Assembly: GCA_009914755.4 (NCBI GenBank)
Contig: CP068257.2
Span: 40,960,001-41,024,000 of the forward strand
Source of the DNA: the human T2T-CHM13v2.0 reference genome, Homo sapiens
Length of the DNA: 64,000 nucleotides
Direction: 5' to 3'
The notes under the pieces were generated by a model that was given only the letters and a program-made list of their open reading frames with translations, had not been told where the DNA came from and made no database searches. Made by a program: the position numbers and the translations under genes. Position 1 is the first letter of the stretch, and each line of letters begins with the position of its first letter. Below are positions 42,893 through 58,425 of this stretch, piece after piece.

Positions 42893-44675
42893 CACACGCA
42901 GTACACACACACACCACACATACATCACACACCACACACACACTACACACACATCACACACCACACACCACATACACACACCACATACCACATACACCAC
43001 ACACCACACACAGTACACACACACCACACACCACACACACATCAAACACCACACACACTACACGCACACCACACACCACATACACACACACCACACACAT
43101 ACCACACACCACACATACCACACACCACACACACCACACACCACATACACACACACACCACACGCACCACACACCACACACTACACACCACACACACACC
43201 ACACACACATCACACACCATACACACTATGCGCATACCACACACCGCATACACACACACCACACACACACCACATACACACACCACACACACATCACACA
43301 CCACACACTACACACACCATACACCACATACACACCACACACACCACACACCACACACACCACATACACACACACCACACACCACACACACACTACACGC
43401 ACACCACACACCACATACAAACACACCACGCACACCACACACACTACACACACACCACACACACTACACACACACCTCACACACCATACATACCACACAC
43501 ACCACACACACACCACAAACGCACTATACACACTACACGCACACCACACACAAACACAAACACACTACACACACACCACACACCACAGACACCACACACA
43601 CTACACACCACACACACCATACACCACACACCACACACACCACACACACCACACACATCACATACGACACCCACTACGTGCATACCACACACCACACACA
43701 CCACATACACACACACCACACACACATCACACACCACACACCACATACACACACACCACACACACCACACACCACACACACTACACACACACCACACACA
43801 CCTCACACACCATACATACCACACACACCACACACACCACAAACGCACTACACACACTACACACACACCACAAACACACTGCACACACACCACACACACA
43901 CCACACACCACACCACACACCACACACACCTCACACACCATACATACCACCACACCACACACACACCACAAACCACACACACACCACACACTGCACACAC
44001 ACCACACACACACCACACACACCATACACCACACACACCACACACATACCACACACTCCACACATCACACACCACACACATACCACACACACACTACACA
44101 CATACCACACACTCCACACACCACACACACACCGCACACACATCACACACCACACACATACCACACACACACCACACACACACCACACTACACACACACA
44201 GCACACACACCGCACACATCACACACACACACCACACACACAAACGTACCACGAATGCACACTTTCACGCACACACCCCCCACACACAAATACACATACA
44301 CCACACACACATAAACTTACCACAGATGCACACATGCAGACACACACCACGCACCACCCCCACACCACACAGAAACACATACACACCACACACACAAACG
44401 TATCACAGATGCACACATGCAGACATATCCACAGCATGCAAACACACATACACCACACACATCACACCATACACATACCACACACACATACATACTCATA
44501 CACACCACACACCCATATACACAGACACCATACACACACCACACACACATATTCACACAGACACATACACACCACATATACATACACACAAACAGTTGCA
44601 CATACATACACACAGACACACACAAGTACACACACTACACAGACAAGCACACACATCACACACACACACAGACAT
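42893..44675. repeat. 1.8 kb complex CA-rich low-complexity repeat (variants of cacacc/acacta/catacc)
   Basis: The + strand is almost exclusively C and A with sparse T and G. It generates 494-631 aa stop-free pseudo-ORFs rich in H, T and P. Confidence 0.95.
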
Positions 44676-46636
44676 GACCCCTAGCCATGCCCAACTTTGC
44701 ACTGGTCACTAATAATTTTTCTGGTTCTACCAATATTTACCGCTCTGATCAGGGAAGTGTCTGCATTTTTCTATTTCAAAGCTGTTCTGTAGGTATCACG
44801 TCGGGGGTGGTAATATTGGCCACCCTACGTCCTGTGTGCAGAGAAGGAATGAAGAGCGATTTGTGAACGCGAAGCAGCAAAGCTACTAACGGGTGCAGTT
44901 AAGAAACAGAACAATCAAGAAGAAACAAGAAAACGCCCTCCAGGAAACAGAAACCGGGTGCAGAGGCACTGTCTGCAGACCTACTGGAGCCTCAGGCAAC
45001 CTGCGGAGGAAAAGCCCCAAAGTTCTTTTCAATCTTTGCTCCTGATAGAGAAAGACGGTGTTGCACCGTTCTTTTCATTTGCATGCGTGGAATTTCCAGT
45101 GAGGTCCACGCTCGCTGGCTCGCTGGCAGCTCCGTGGAATCCGCCCCACCCTTGCAGAGCTCTTTCATTGATTTGAAAGAGCCTCTGTGTGTACATAGTG
45201 CGACTGTTCCGAAGTCTTTATCACAGTTACTGGTGATGCTTTTTTCCAGATGTCCTCGACGTGCACCCATGAAGGGCTCCACCTGAGAGTGCCAGGGTCC
45301 TCCGTGGGATGGGGCTGGAGGGGGTGCTCTTGCCGTCCTGGGCTCCCAAGCAGCCATAGGAACAATAGGGTGATGGGGTCCCAGAGATAGAGGCCAGTGA
45401 CAGCAGCGCTTTGAACCCCTCACACGGGCACGGGCCCTCTGGCAGGGATGGGCGTCCCGGTCACACGGAGATGGGGGCTGCTGCTGCCTGCAGGTAGAGG
45501 AAGGGACGTGTTTGGCAGTCCTGTGACCCCTGGGCACCTCGCCTCCCCCACGGCCGGCTCTGCTTGTAAACAGACAAGTGCACAAGCGCAGCCCGGTGAA
45601 GGCACAGCGGTCCCAGGAGGCATCTGGGCTGCACCCCAGCGAGCCGCCCATACACGTGGAGATGCCGGCCAAGGCCCTGCAGCACACGGCAGAGGAAGGC
45701 GCGATGGGAGCCATGCTGGGCCCGGAAGGTGCCGCCGCCCGGAGCTGTAGCCATCACTCCAGCTCTTCTTTTAAGTGTTCCCAGAAATTGTGACCCACCA
45801 AAATCTGAGAGCACCCGACAGTAAGCCAGAGGACCTTGATGTGAGATCCCAGCACGGTGTGGGGGCGGACTGTGGTGGGTGCTGTCTCGGCCCCCACCCC
45901 TTCCACAGGTCGGTGTGCACATCCCACGGCGCCTGCTAAGCTGCAGTCTTCTCCAAAGGGGTCACTCTCCGTGGGAAGGGAGCCACCCGCCCCCGGGTGA
46001 TGTCCCCAGTCAGTGACTGACGACAGTCCCCAGCCGAGGTGAGGGACCAGCTCCTGCATCCCTCACTCCGGGGCTTGCCTGTGGGCCAGGGTGGGGGCGA
46101 GCCTCAGCAGAGACCGCGTCCCCCTTGCCTGTCCTGCCCTGCCTCCCCTGCCTCCCCCGCGCCTCTGCTGAGCACGCCCAGAGGGAGCTGCTTGCTGCGG
46201 AATCCCCACGTCTAGAGAAGGCAGCCTGAGACACAGCGGCGGTGGACGCGCACTCAGCCATTTTTCCTGAGATAGGGATGGATTTATGTTGATCTTGCCA
46301 CATCTTTCTACTGCTTCCTCTAAGGTGCAAATATTTTTAAAACAGCTGTGGCTAGTGAAGTCTCACATGGTCTCAGAATCATTCCAGGTGCAGAGAAAGC
46401 CCAGATGTTGAGCCCTAGCATACGGAGGCCTTAGGAGTCAATGACCTGAGAAGCTTCCAGCAAAGCACCCAACACTGATGTTAAAACCAGCACGAACCGC
46501 CCCACCTCCCCACCTCCCCGCAAGCGTTGCCGGGACTGACAGATTACAGAGCTCTGCTCCCTCTGCACTCCTGCTCTGCCACCCCCAGGGTGTCAGAATG
46601 TGCCCCCCACACAGTTTCCAAAAGATTCCACACATC

Positions 46637-47174
<538 letters not shown>

Positions 47175-48311
47175 TTAATCCTGGGGCTGGGGAAATCACT
47201 GCTTAAATAAAACAGAGGTTCATTAGCAACAGCAAAGGGCTTAGAGCCAACAGTGCCTGCCACCCTCCACCCTTAGAGAATTAAACCAGTGCTGGAGTAG
47301 AGCGTCACCAGGTGGTGGAAGGACCTTTGATGGTGCTGATCTCAGGGTCTATATTTAGTATCTAAAATAATTAACTGGTTGTTCACTGCCCAACACTGTA
47401 ATTCATTCATTCTTTGAACATTCGTTAAGTACTTATCACTGATATTTCAGACAGTATTATAGATATAGTGATCTTTATCCCGGCTCCTTATGTAAGCAAT
47501 ATTACCAATAATAGAGTTGAAGATAAAAGGAAGGAAGCAAGCTTCCAAAGAAATAACCCAACGCAGAATTTAATAATGTCTCATTAACCTGGTGGTTGTT
47601 CATCAGATACTCTGTGGTCTTTATTAAAATGCAGCTCAGCAGGCAGCATCCCAGCACTTTTCCTGTGGTGAGGAATCTCGTTAAGTTGGGGAGCAAGGCC
47701 CCCAAGTTTTGCCACAAGAGCAGGAAAAGACGAAGTTCTTTCCTTCTCCCTGGAAGCCTAGATGTGGATTTGTGGCTCTCGGCCAGACAACTTACTGAAA
47801 CGTTGGTAAGTACATGCGCCTGTTTGAGATGTTTGCCTGTACACCCGTTCATGAATGCTCTGTGAGGTCTTCTCTGGCTATAAGGCCCCATTGTTTTAAA
47901 GACAGCAACTTACAATAACTTAAAATGTCTGTTTTGCCTGGACCCACCATGGAAAGAATTGAATTAACGTGAAGTGTGTTGCAGTGAGTTCTGTGATGTA
48001 TAAATTGCTGAGAACAAAGCAAAGCAAGGGCGAGGGGCATCTGTGACTACACTGCAGAAACGGGAGAGGGGCCAGGGCCGTCTTCAGAGGTGGCTGTGCC
48101 GTGACGGTGTCTGCAGGCAACAGTGTTGTCGCAGATGGCCATGGGTGATCTGACTATGCTCTCAGCCGCTGGGCCTGCCTGGGCCCCTGTCCTTTCCTCA
48201 GCTGGCTCTCCAGCTTTTCCTCAATCCCATGACTGTTGGTTATTCAAGGGAGGCTGGTTTCTGTCGTTTCAAAACAGGAATCCAGGCCCACGTCCCTCAC
48301 CAGGGAGGATT

Positions 48312-48646
48312 CCCTGACTGCTCACCTGACAGGTGCTGCTGACTGGTGCACAGGGCTGGCACCCCCAACTGTACACTGGGCAGGTACCTCTGGCTGTAGG
48401 TAGGGATGGTGCCCCCCCACTGTACACTAGGCAGGTACCTCCGGCTGTAGGTAGGGATGGTGGCCCTCACTAGTACCCCAGGCCAGTTCCCATGACTATG
48501 CAGGAGGCTGGGACCCCTGACTGTACACTCAGATGGGACCCCTGACTCTACCCCGGGGACGGAAACCCTGACCGTATGCCAGACAGGTACCCTCTGACTG
48601 TAAACTAGGATGGGATCCCTGACTGTACTCCAGGCAGGTACCTCTG
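48312..48646. repeat. Degenerate minisatellite, ~35-50-bp units built on cctgactgtac(a/t)c..ggcaggtacc
   Basis: At least 7 recognisable copies. A related block recurs at 50001-50125 in the same orientation. Confidence 0.8.
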
Positions 48647-48869
48647 TTAACTGACAAATGATGAGGTTCATGAATTTCAGAAGGAGAGTTTTATTTCTCA
48701 TAGAGTTGCAGCCTGCGCAGTGGCCATTATGACAGGCTGGGAAGTGTAGCCTCCAGCCAGAAGCCACAAACAGGCACCTCAAGGGAGGAGCAAAGGGAAG
48801 AGGAATTTATGCTGGTGGCGTGGCTAAATATATATATTCAATTAGCTCTAGGAAAGCCATGAATATTTA

Positions 48870-49549
<680 letters not shown>

Positions 49550-49602
49550 TTAGCACCATCCAAGGGTGGAGTGTTTGGCCCTCTGACATCAAAAGGTGAA
49601 GC

Positions 49603-49692
49603 TGAGGGCACGAACCCTCACTGGGCATCTGAGGGCACGAACCCTCACTGGGCATCTGAGGGCATGAACCCTCACTGGGCATCCCCTGTAGA
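49603..49692. repeat. Tandem repeat, 30-bp unit (tgagggcacgaaccctcactgggcatc...) x3
   Basis: Direct reading shows three copies differing at one position (cacg/catg). Confidence 0.9.
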
Positions 49693-50000
49693 CCATCTAG
49701 ATCCACTCCACGGCCTCTCGTCGGGCAGGAATGCTGGTCGGTTGCTTGTTGAAAGCACACAAGGGAGGGGCGGAGTCCAGCGGTGGGTGGATATCAGAGA
49801 GGAGTCTGTTGAAAAGGCTGGTTTCTGTTTAGCCCTGAGGAAAGAAACAAGGGAAGTTAACGAGGGAGGAGGCATAACAAGTTATGTCCAACCTCCCATC
49901 CCATCAGGGCCAGGAACTCGGTTTCCCTGGAGTTCCTCTGGGCTGAGAGGAAGACATCTGTTCAGTCAGTTGGTGGACTTAGTAGTTCATCTTTCTCACC

Positions 50001-50125
50001 CGTGACTGTACACCCGGCACATACCCCCGACCATATACCAGGCAGGCATCTCTGACTGTACTCCCGGCAGGTACCCCTGACCTAACATGTGACTGGTACA
50101 TGAGCTGGTACCCTGGCTGGCACAC
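50001..50125. repeat. Second block of the ctgactgtac..ggcaggtacc repeat family
   Basis: gtgactgtacacccggcacatacccccgaccatataccaggcaggcatctctgactgtactcccggcaggtacccctgacc... is similar to units at 48312-48646. Confidence 0.7.
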
Positions 50126-51704
50126 ATTCTTTGTAGGTCCAGTCTTACTGACATGCTGAAACAATTAGCTGTGCTTTTATTTCTAGGTTTCAGACCCATC
50201 GTAAGGCCATGGTCAATTTCTCTTACTCCCCAAGGGACACAGTCAAGAGAGATTGTTGTCACATAGGGGCCTTCTTTCAATGAATATGTTTGCATCTGAA
50301 AGAGGTAACCCACGATTGCCTGCCAGAAATGAGGGAAACAGACCGTGTCCTGAACTGCTTCCCACATACAAATCACCGCTTGTTTCCCAGGACATCTCAG
50401 TGCCAACAACTCCCTCGCAGCACATGACTCCCCCGGCATCTTCCGAAGGCTTGCATTTTCTCCACGAGCCATTACCTCTTGAAAAACTTTCACAAAGAAG
50501 ACGTAAGGGCTTAAGTGGCGTGGAAAGTGGGTTTCACACAATGAGTCTATTTGAAAAGATCTTCAGGGGCTTCCAAATCCCTCTCTCCGGGAGCAGTTTA
50601 TACTTCACACCGCTCATGGCAACACTGTCTTTAGGTTAATTCAATTCTTTCCATGGTGGGTCCAGGCAAAACAAACATTTTAAGTTATTATAAGTTGCTG
50701 TCTTTAAAACAATGGGGACTTATACCCAGACAGGACCTCACGGAGAATTCTTGAGCGCGTATACAGACAAAAATCTCAAACTGGTGTATGTACTTACTGA
50801 GATTTCTGAAATAGGAAAAATCTACTCATACCCCTATGAGGAATAAGCCCTCCTCTTGTCCCCATTGCTGGCAGGGCACACTGTCTCGTGTTCTCTTAGG
50901 ACAATGCTCAGATTTGACGTGTTGTCACTGTGGGGTGGCCTGCAGTGCAGATTCCTAACATGAATGTGATTCATTCAACGCAGAAACTCTAGAGAGCTAC
51001 AATCTTTGTCCGAAATGGTCTAAAAGTGAAGGTGAATTAAGGCATGGCTCACAGGAATTATTGTCAACTTGACTTGACAAAAGTTGAAAAGGTTGAAAAT
51101 GGTGCCAGCAGGCACAGGTAAGCCCTCTAAGTCAAATCATCTTTTTCCCGTCAGTGCTTTCATGTTGTGTGTGACGAGTGAAAAACGTGATATTCATTCC
51201 TGCTTCAAAAACTTATAAGGGACTGGCTCTGGCAATAGAAAGCTGGCAGAAATCATAGATTTCAGGAATAAATGTAAACATCTGTCCAAGACATCCCATC
51301 TTCTATATGGACGAGTTAAAGCACATCCAGAAATTTATACCATTTTTTGTATTAGTATATGAAAGAAATGCAATTAAAAGCTAAAAATAAGAAAACATCT
51401 ACTATTAAAACACAAAGACATTTACAAAGACAGCTGCACCTGTCACAGCATAGGGTAAGCGTGGGTCTTAAGCTCACCTGTCCATTGTCAGCAATTTATT
51501 GGGACCTTATTGTAAACAAGAAATGGGTTAAACAGTAAAGGTGCCAGACAGGTCATGAAACACCTGATCTCCATCTTCAAGCAGCTTATGCTATAGTTGA
51601 CTGTCAGGAATCAGGAAAAACGCACTTGTTCTTGTTACCCGAGACGAGCGATTTAGCAGCCTTCTAAATAGCTTTGTAGAAGTCAGATGTTTTATTCTAC
51701 CTTA

Positions 51705-52026
<322 letters not shown>

Positions 52027-53099
52027 CTGCAAGTCCAACACTCTTGTTTGGCCGTTCAATTCGGGCTGCATAGATGCTGTAAAAGTATAGACAGTTCCCA
52101 CTTCAATCCTTCTCTACTTTCCTTTAACATCAACACCATTTAGCCAGAATGACAAGTAGTCGGAATGCCAGAGAGCAGAAACAACACCCCGGTGCTTGCC
52201 CTCATTCCTCTGGATGAGTGATGCTCACCAATGTGGGCTGCTCTTCTTCCCCAGACAGGGTCTGTGCTTCTCCCCTAAGCCCCGGTGCCCTCATGCAATC
52301 CAGTCCCTCCCTGGAGTTCTTTGCTCCGTGTCTGTCTCCACGCCAGGCCTCTATGAGGATGAGCTGTGGTTACTCAACCAGGATCTCGAGGCCCCAGCTC
52401 AGTGTCCAATACACGTCAGCATTCAAAATCATACTACTGAATGAATGAGTGAACAGATGGTACATCAACCTATTTGCTATTTTTCTTCACAAGGGCATTG
52501 CATAGAGCTCTTCGGTTCAAGATTTAGCCATTGTCATATACCCACTGCTGGTGAACTTGAAGGCATCACTTTCCTCCACTCTTGTACCAGCCTGCCAGTG
52601 ACTGAACTTGGTGCAGGATGGGTCACTGCCATATCAGAGATGCCAGCTGGCCTCCCCTGTCTACCTGGTCATCACACAGGGCAGGAGGAATCCGTCAGCG
52701 TCTGGTGCCACGTGCCTCTCATTAGAAGGCTGAGCCCATCTACTGCCCAGACACTGCTGCCTTTTTTCACGACTTCCTTTAAAACAAATGAATTCCTATG
52801 ATGTGTCTGGCATCATGCTGGGTGCTGCAGCGATTACAGAGGGAAAAAAGATATACTTCCAGTCCTCAAGGAGTTTGCGGTCCAGTAGGGGGATAACCAC
52901 ATCTAGATCATGTAAACCAAAAATAAAATCCTAAGGCCCTCCCCCACCTCCACCCAACCATCTAAACGGACTTCCTCCTCAGCCAGGGCAGTGTTAAAAT
53001 TTAACCTGAAAGCCTGGTTCAGGCCATGAAGGACGTGGGGATCGGACATGCCTGATTATGTTTACCTCTCCAGCATTAACGTCAACACAGACCTTAAGA

Positions 53100-53480
53100 A
53101 ACATTTCACAGCGTGTTCTCCCTGAAGCCTGACAGCTAGAAGCTTCATCTGCATGAATAAACTTTGGTCTTTGCAGTGTCTTATCGCAGCCCAAACATTC
53201 CTTTCTATTGATCCCAGGTCTTTAGACAAACTCAACCAATTGTCAACCAGAAAATGTTTAAATTCACCTATAGCCTGGAAGCCCCCTACTCTGAGTTGCC
53301 TCACCTTTCTGAACCAAACCAATGTCTTTCTTAAATGTACTTGATTGATGTCTCATGCCTCTCTAAAATGTATAAAGCCAAGCTGCATCCCGACCACCTT
53401 GGGAACATGTTCTCAGGACTTCCTGAGGCTGTGTCACGGGTGTGCGTTCTCAACCTTGGCAAAATAAAGTTTCTAAATTA
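53100..53480 (-). mobile_element. Same LTR-like interspersed repeat (copy 4, minus orientation)
   Basis: ...cctatagcctggaagccccctactctgagttgcctcacctttctgaaccaaaccaatgtctttcttaaatgtacttgattgatgtctcatgcctctctaaaatgtataaagccaagctgcatcccgaccaccttgggaacatgttctcaggacttcctgaggctgtgtcac. This is the reverse complement of the 30329/35631 family core. Confidence 0.5.
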
Positions 53481-56400
53481 ACTGAGACCTGTCTTAGATT
53501 TTCTGGGTCTACAACCCTGCTGTACCAGCAGAGTCAGGGGACAGCCAGAGAAAGAGGTTCAGGGGGATGAAGCACCCCCAGCAGGGCCAAGTCACCTTCT
53601 ACAGCTCGACTCGCTCAGCCATCCAAGACCACTTGGCTTTTTTTTTTTTTTCCTGCACAAGCTGTGCTTTGAAGTGTGTGGGGTCTTAAAAATCCTGCCC
53701 ATTCTATTTTGATCAGGCTTCTGTCATCTGCATTGCCATCCTGGGACAAGTTGTCAGTCACTGTCTCCCTGAAATGCACGTGGAGATGCACAGGCTAATC
53801 TAGGGACAGCTGGATACATGACTAATATTACCGAGGAGCTAACGAGAGCCTGTGACGTTGAGATGCTGAGGAGATGGACTGGTCGTAAGCGTTCCCCAGG
53901 TTTATAGCCTTCTTTTCAGCACCCCTCATGCCTTCCTGTGGTTGTCAGCATCCCGGATTATCCTGATCATGGGGCAAAGAGAATGGGGGCTTTCCCCAGG
54001 GCCTTGAAGTGGCAGCTGGACCCACATTGCAGGAGGTCTCACCCTGCACCAGCAGCCCCACCCTAGCCCCAGCCACAACACTCTTGGCCCCCAGCTGTAT
54101 CCTGAATTTGCAGCAAGCAGGAAGCTCAACACAAGGGGAGAAGAGCCTGTGGGTTCTTTAGAATGCAGACTACCAGGCCCACCCTCAGAGATTCTGATCC
54201 ATTTGGTCCAGGCTGGGGCCCAGGCATCACCATTTTTAACACTCCCCGGCAGATACTCACAGGCACCCAGAGTCCGGCAGGAGTCCCTGCTCTACTGAAG
54301 GGCTTTCTAAACGGGGGACTCGGAGCCCCAGACAGTTTCCTCCTCCTGGGCTCTGCTTTTACCGGGCTCTGGAGCACGTTCCTACAAACATCTTTACTCA
54401 AAACACTGACTTTTTCTGAAATGTTTGAAATAATTTAGCTTATTTCACAGGAGAAGCCACTATTTCTTTTCCAAAACAATTTAGTAAAATGGCTGTTTTT
54501 CATACCCACCAATTTCTAAGGTGAAATTTTGTGTAAAATAGACACACACGCTAGTCATGTGACACCAGCCAAGGTTGTTTGTGTGCCTAGTGACATTCTC
54601 AGCATCTGTGAAGCAACGAGTGTGCGCGTGCTCTTCCCAGGCGTGGGCTCCGCCGCACGTGGTGGAAGGAACTCTGCTCCACATTGAGGAGCCTGGTTTG
54701 GACACCAACAGGCTAAGCTCCCACATACCCCACAAACACCTGGCCCAGGGATCAGCCCTTCCAATTCTACAACGAGGTAAGTCACGGACCAGCACAGCCT
54801 CGGGGGCAGGTCCAAGACAACGGCTGTGCCTTCCGTGGCAGGAGCTTTCGGAACAGAGAGCACGTCATCCCTGGTACCAACCAAATTGTATCTTCTCTCC
54901 CCAAATTCATACATTGACACCCTAGCCCCCAGTGTGTCTGGGTTTGTAGTAAGGAGGTCATTAAGGTTAAATGGTGCCCTGAGGGTGGAGCCCTCATGAT
55001 AAGATGAGGCCCTCATGAGAAGAAATGGGAGAAGCTCTCCTCCTTTCTCTGCCATGTGAGGACACAGTGAGAAGGCGGCCATCTGCAAGCCAGGAGGAGG
55101 GCCCTGGGTCTTATGCTGCCAGGCTCCAGCTCTGTGAGCAAGTTCACTTCTGTTGTATAAGCCCCCGCTGTGTGGTTTTCGTTATGGCAGGCAGAGCACA
55201 CTAAGACGCACCTTGGCCATGCTCTTCTCTCCCTAGCAATGCTTCTCTTTTGCTGTGTAGTGAAGGTCAGCCATTGTTCAGGTAATTAATGCTCTCCCGG
55301 GTCTGGCCTCAGTAACTTTCTGGTGTTATCACCACAACCCCATCTTCAAAACCCAACGTCAGGCCAAGCTGACCCACACTGTGGATCGATTCATGGATGG
55401 ACCCAGATGCATGGGAAGTCCTGGGTACATTTCATGCCTTTTCCAGCAATGCAGAGGGGCCAGAGGGGTGCAGCCACACACAGGGGGCCCTCAGCTCCTG
55501 GAGTGCTAGCACTTAGCCCACAGGCTGCTCACTCCCCAGAGCGCGCTCTCTCTGCTCTCTTCTTTAGGTGAATGGTGCCGGCAGAAAGTTGTGTATACGT
55601 GCCATAGGTTCCTAATGAGAAGGGTCTTGGACATCACTCTCTCCTCTGTGGAGTTCAGGTTTCCATTAGAGTTGTACATTGCTCTCTAGGTCCCTGAAGT
55701 CTTCAATCGTTTTTTGTTTCATTTCATTATCCAGCCTTTATTGAAAGGATGCTGTCCAGGATGCCAGGTCCAGGCTTGGGAGAGGCAGAGCGAGTCCCTG
55801 TCTCTTGGAACCTGGGGCCCAATGGTCAATACAGTAATGAAATAAATGCAGTTGGACAAGCCAAGTGGAATAACCTTTAGAAAGAAGGCTTTTCCGTCTT
55901 CCTAAGGTTTTATCCAAAGCAAGCCGTGATGCCGGTGTGATCGTAGTCATGGCGGCAGTTCTGAAGCACACACAGATCTACCTTATCTTCCAAGGGCTGT
56001 TCCTGAAAGGCTGGCAAAGCCAACTTTCCCCATTGTACTTGAAAGCTCCTTGCAATGAGATCTGAGCTGCGGAAGTCACAGTGCAGAGGCAGGTGCTGTT
56101 GAAGGCTGTGAAACCTGAGTCATTTGAAGAAGGAGACGCGGGGAGAAGTGTCCCAGTTCAACCTCGGTGGATGGGAACTGGGTTTGAAGAGAACACCAGC
56201 CATGGCTCCAGGTGGGCCAATCACCGAGGAGACACACACGAGCCCTGTGTGCCACTGGGCATGAAAGTTTTCATCTTTTCCTGAAAACAATTGCTGGAGG
56301 TGAGCGCTGGTTCCTTCAGCTCTGAACTCCTCTTTTTCTGCCTTGTCTTTACTTCTTTGGTACAGCATTACTTGTCAGATGCAGGCAGGAAGAATAGACA

Positions 56401-56898
56401 TTTAGACACACTTCACACTCGGCTGTGAGCCTGGCGCTCCTCCTAAACATGCTATTCAAAGTGCTTGGCTGCCTGTCTCTGGCCCACACCTGCCAGCGTT
56501 GACAAGTGCCACTGAGTTCATGTCAACTCAGGCGCTTGTCAGAGGGAATCTAGACCAGGCTGGGGCTGAGACAGGTGGGCGATCCTCATCCCACTGCCTC
56601 CCACTAAGACATAACATTGTGTGGAACAAGGAAGGACTGGTTCAAAGCCACAGAGCTGGTTACAGGCAAAGCCGGAAGCAGAACCTCTAACTTCAGGCTC
56701 ACGTCAAAAATGCCCATAGAGTGCATTTTTTTCTGTTAAGATTTTAGAACTTTTTTCATTGAATTTAATCATTTCTGATATATTTGGGCTTATGCCTACC
56801 ATTTTACTATTTGTTTTCCATTTGTCCACTATGTTCTGTACCATTTTTTCTCCTTTTTGCCTTCTTTAGGATTTTCAAGTATTTCTTATGACCATTTT

Positions 56899-56928
56899 GA
56901 TAGACAGATAGATGATAGATAGATAGAT

Positions 56929-56965
<37 letters not shown>

Positions 56966-57029
56966 GATAGATAAATAGATAGATGCATGGATGGATGGAT
57001 GGATGGGATAGATAGATAGGTAGATAGAT

Positions 57030-57079
<50 letters not shown>

Positions 57080-57201
57080 GGAAGGATGAGAGAGAGATGC
57101 ACGGATGGATGGGATAGATAGATAGATGCATAGATGGATGAGTGGATGGGTGGATGGATGGATGAGATGGATGACTAGATAGATGAATGGATGAGATAGA
57201 T

Positions 57202-57242
<41 letters not shown>

Positions 57243-57368
57243 AGAGAGAGATAGATAAGACAGATAGGATAGATGGCTAGATAGATGAATGGACGAGGTA
57301 GATGATAGATAGATAGGATAGATGGCTAGATAGATGAATGGATGAGATAGATGACAGATTAGATAGAT

Positions 57369-57413
<45 letters not shown>

Positions 57414-57461
57414 GTAGATGAATGAGATAGATGGCTAGATAGATGAATGGATGAGATAAAT

Positions 57462-57503
<42 letters not shown>

Positions 57504-58425
57504 CAGATGATAGATAGATAGATGATAGATGATAGATAGATAGATAGATAAGTAGATGAATGAGATAGATGGCTAGATAGATAGATGAATGGATGAGATA
57601 AATGATAGATAGATAGATAGATAGATGACAGATGATAGATGATAGATAGATAGATAGATAGATAGGTAAGTAGATGAATGAGATAGATGGCTAGATAGAT
57701 GAATGGATGAGATAAATGATAGATAGATAGATAGACAGATGATGATAGATAGATAGATAGATAAGTAAGATGGATGAGATAGATGGCTAGATAGATAGAT
57801 GAATGGATGAGATAAATGATAGATAGATAGACAGATGATAGATGATAGATAGATAGATAGATAGGTAAGTAGATGGATGAGATAGATGGCTAGATAGATA
57901 GATGAATGGATGAGATAAATGATAGATAGACAGATGATAGATGATAGATGATAGATAGACAGATGATAGATGATAGATAGACAGATGATAGATGATAGAT
58001 AGACAGATGATAGATGATAGATAGACAGATGATGATAGATAGATAGATTAGATGATAGATAGACAGATGATAGATGATAGACAGATGATAGATGATAGAT
58101 AGATTAGATGATAGATAGACAGATGATAGATGATAGATAAACAGATGATAGATGATAGATAGACAGATGATAGATGATAGATAGATAGATGATAGATAGA
58201 CAGATGATAGATGATAGATAGATAGATTAGATGATAGATAGACAGATGATAGATGATAGATAGACAGATGATAGATGATAGATAGATAGATGATAAATAG
58301 ACAGATGATAGATGACAGATAGATAGATGATAGATAGACAGACAGATGATAGATAGACAGATGATAGATGATAGATAGACAGATGATAGATGATAGATAG
58401 ATAGATTAGATGATAGATAGACAGA
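56899..58425. repeat. 1.5 kb complex (GATA)n/(GATG)n/(GGAT)n microsatellite with higher-order ~26-bp and ~60-bp periodicities
   Basis: Direct reading. Pure (gata)n and (ggat)n stretches lie near 56900-57250. Higher-order units (gatagatggctagatagatgaatggatgagataaatgatagatagatag) lie at 57280-57900, and the repeat (acagatgatagatgatagatag)n at 57930-58420. Confidence 0.95.

Noticed and set aside
42785-44712. ORFs of 509, 631 and 494 aa on + and several 80-190 aa ORFs on -, encoding H/T/P-only or C/V/W-only polypeptides.
   Set aside because: This is a C/A two-letter low-complexity array in which stop codons (which need T plus G/A combinations) are almost impossible. It is not coding.
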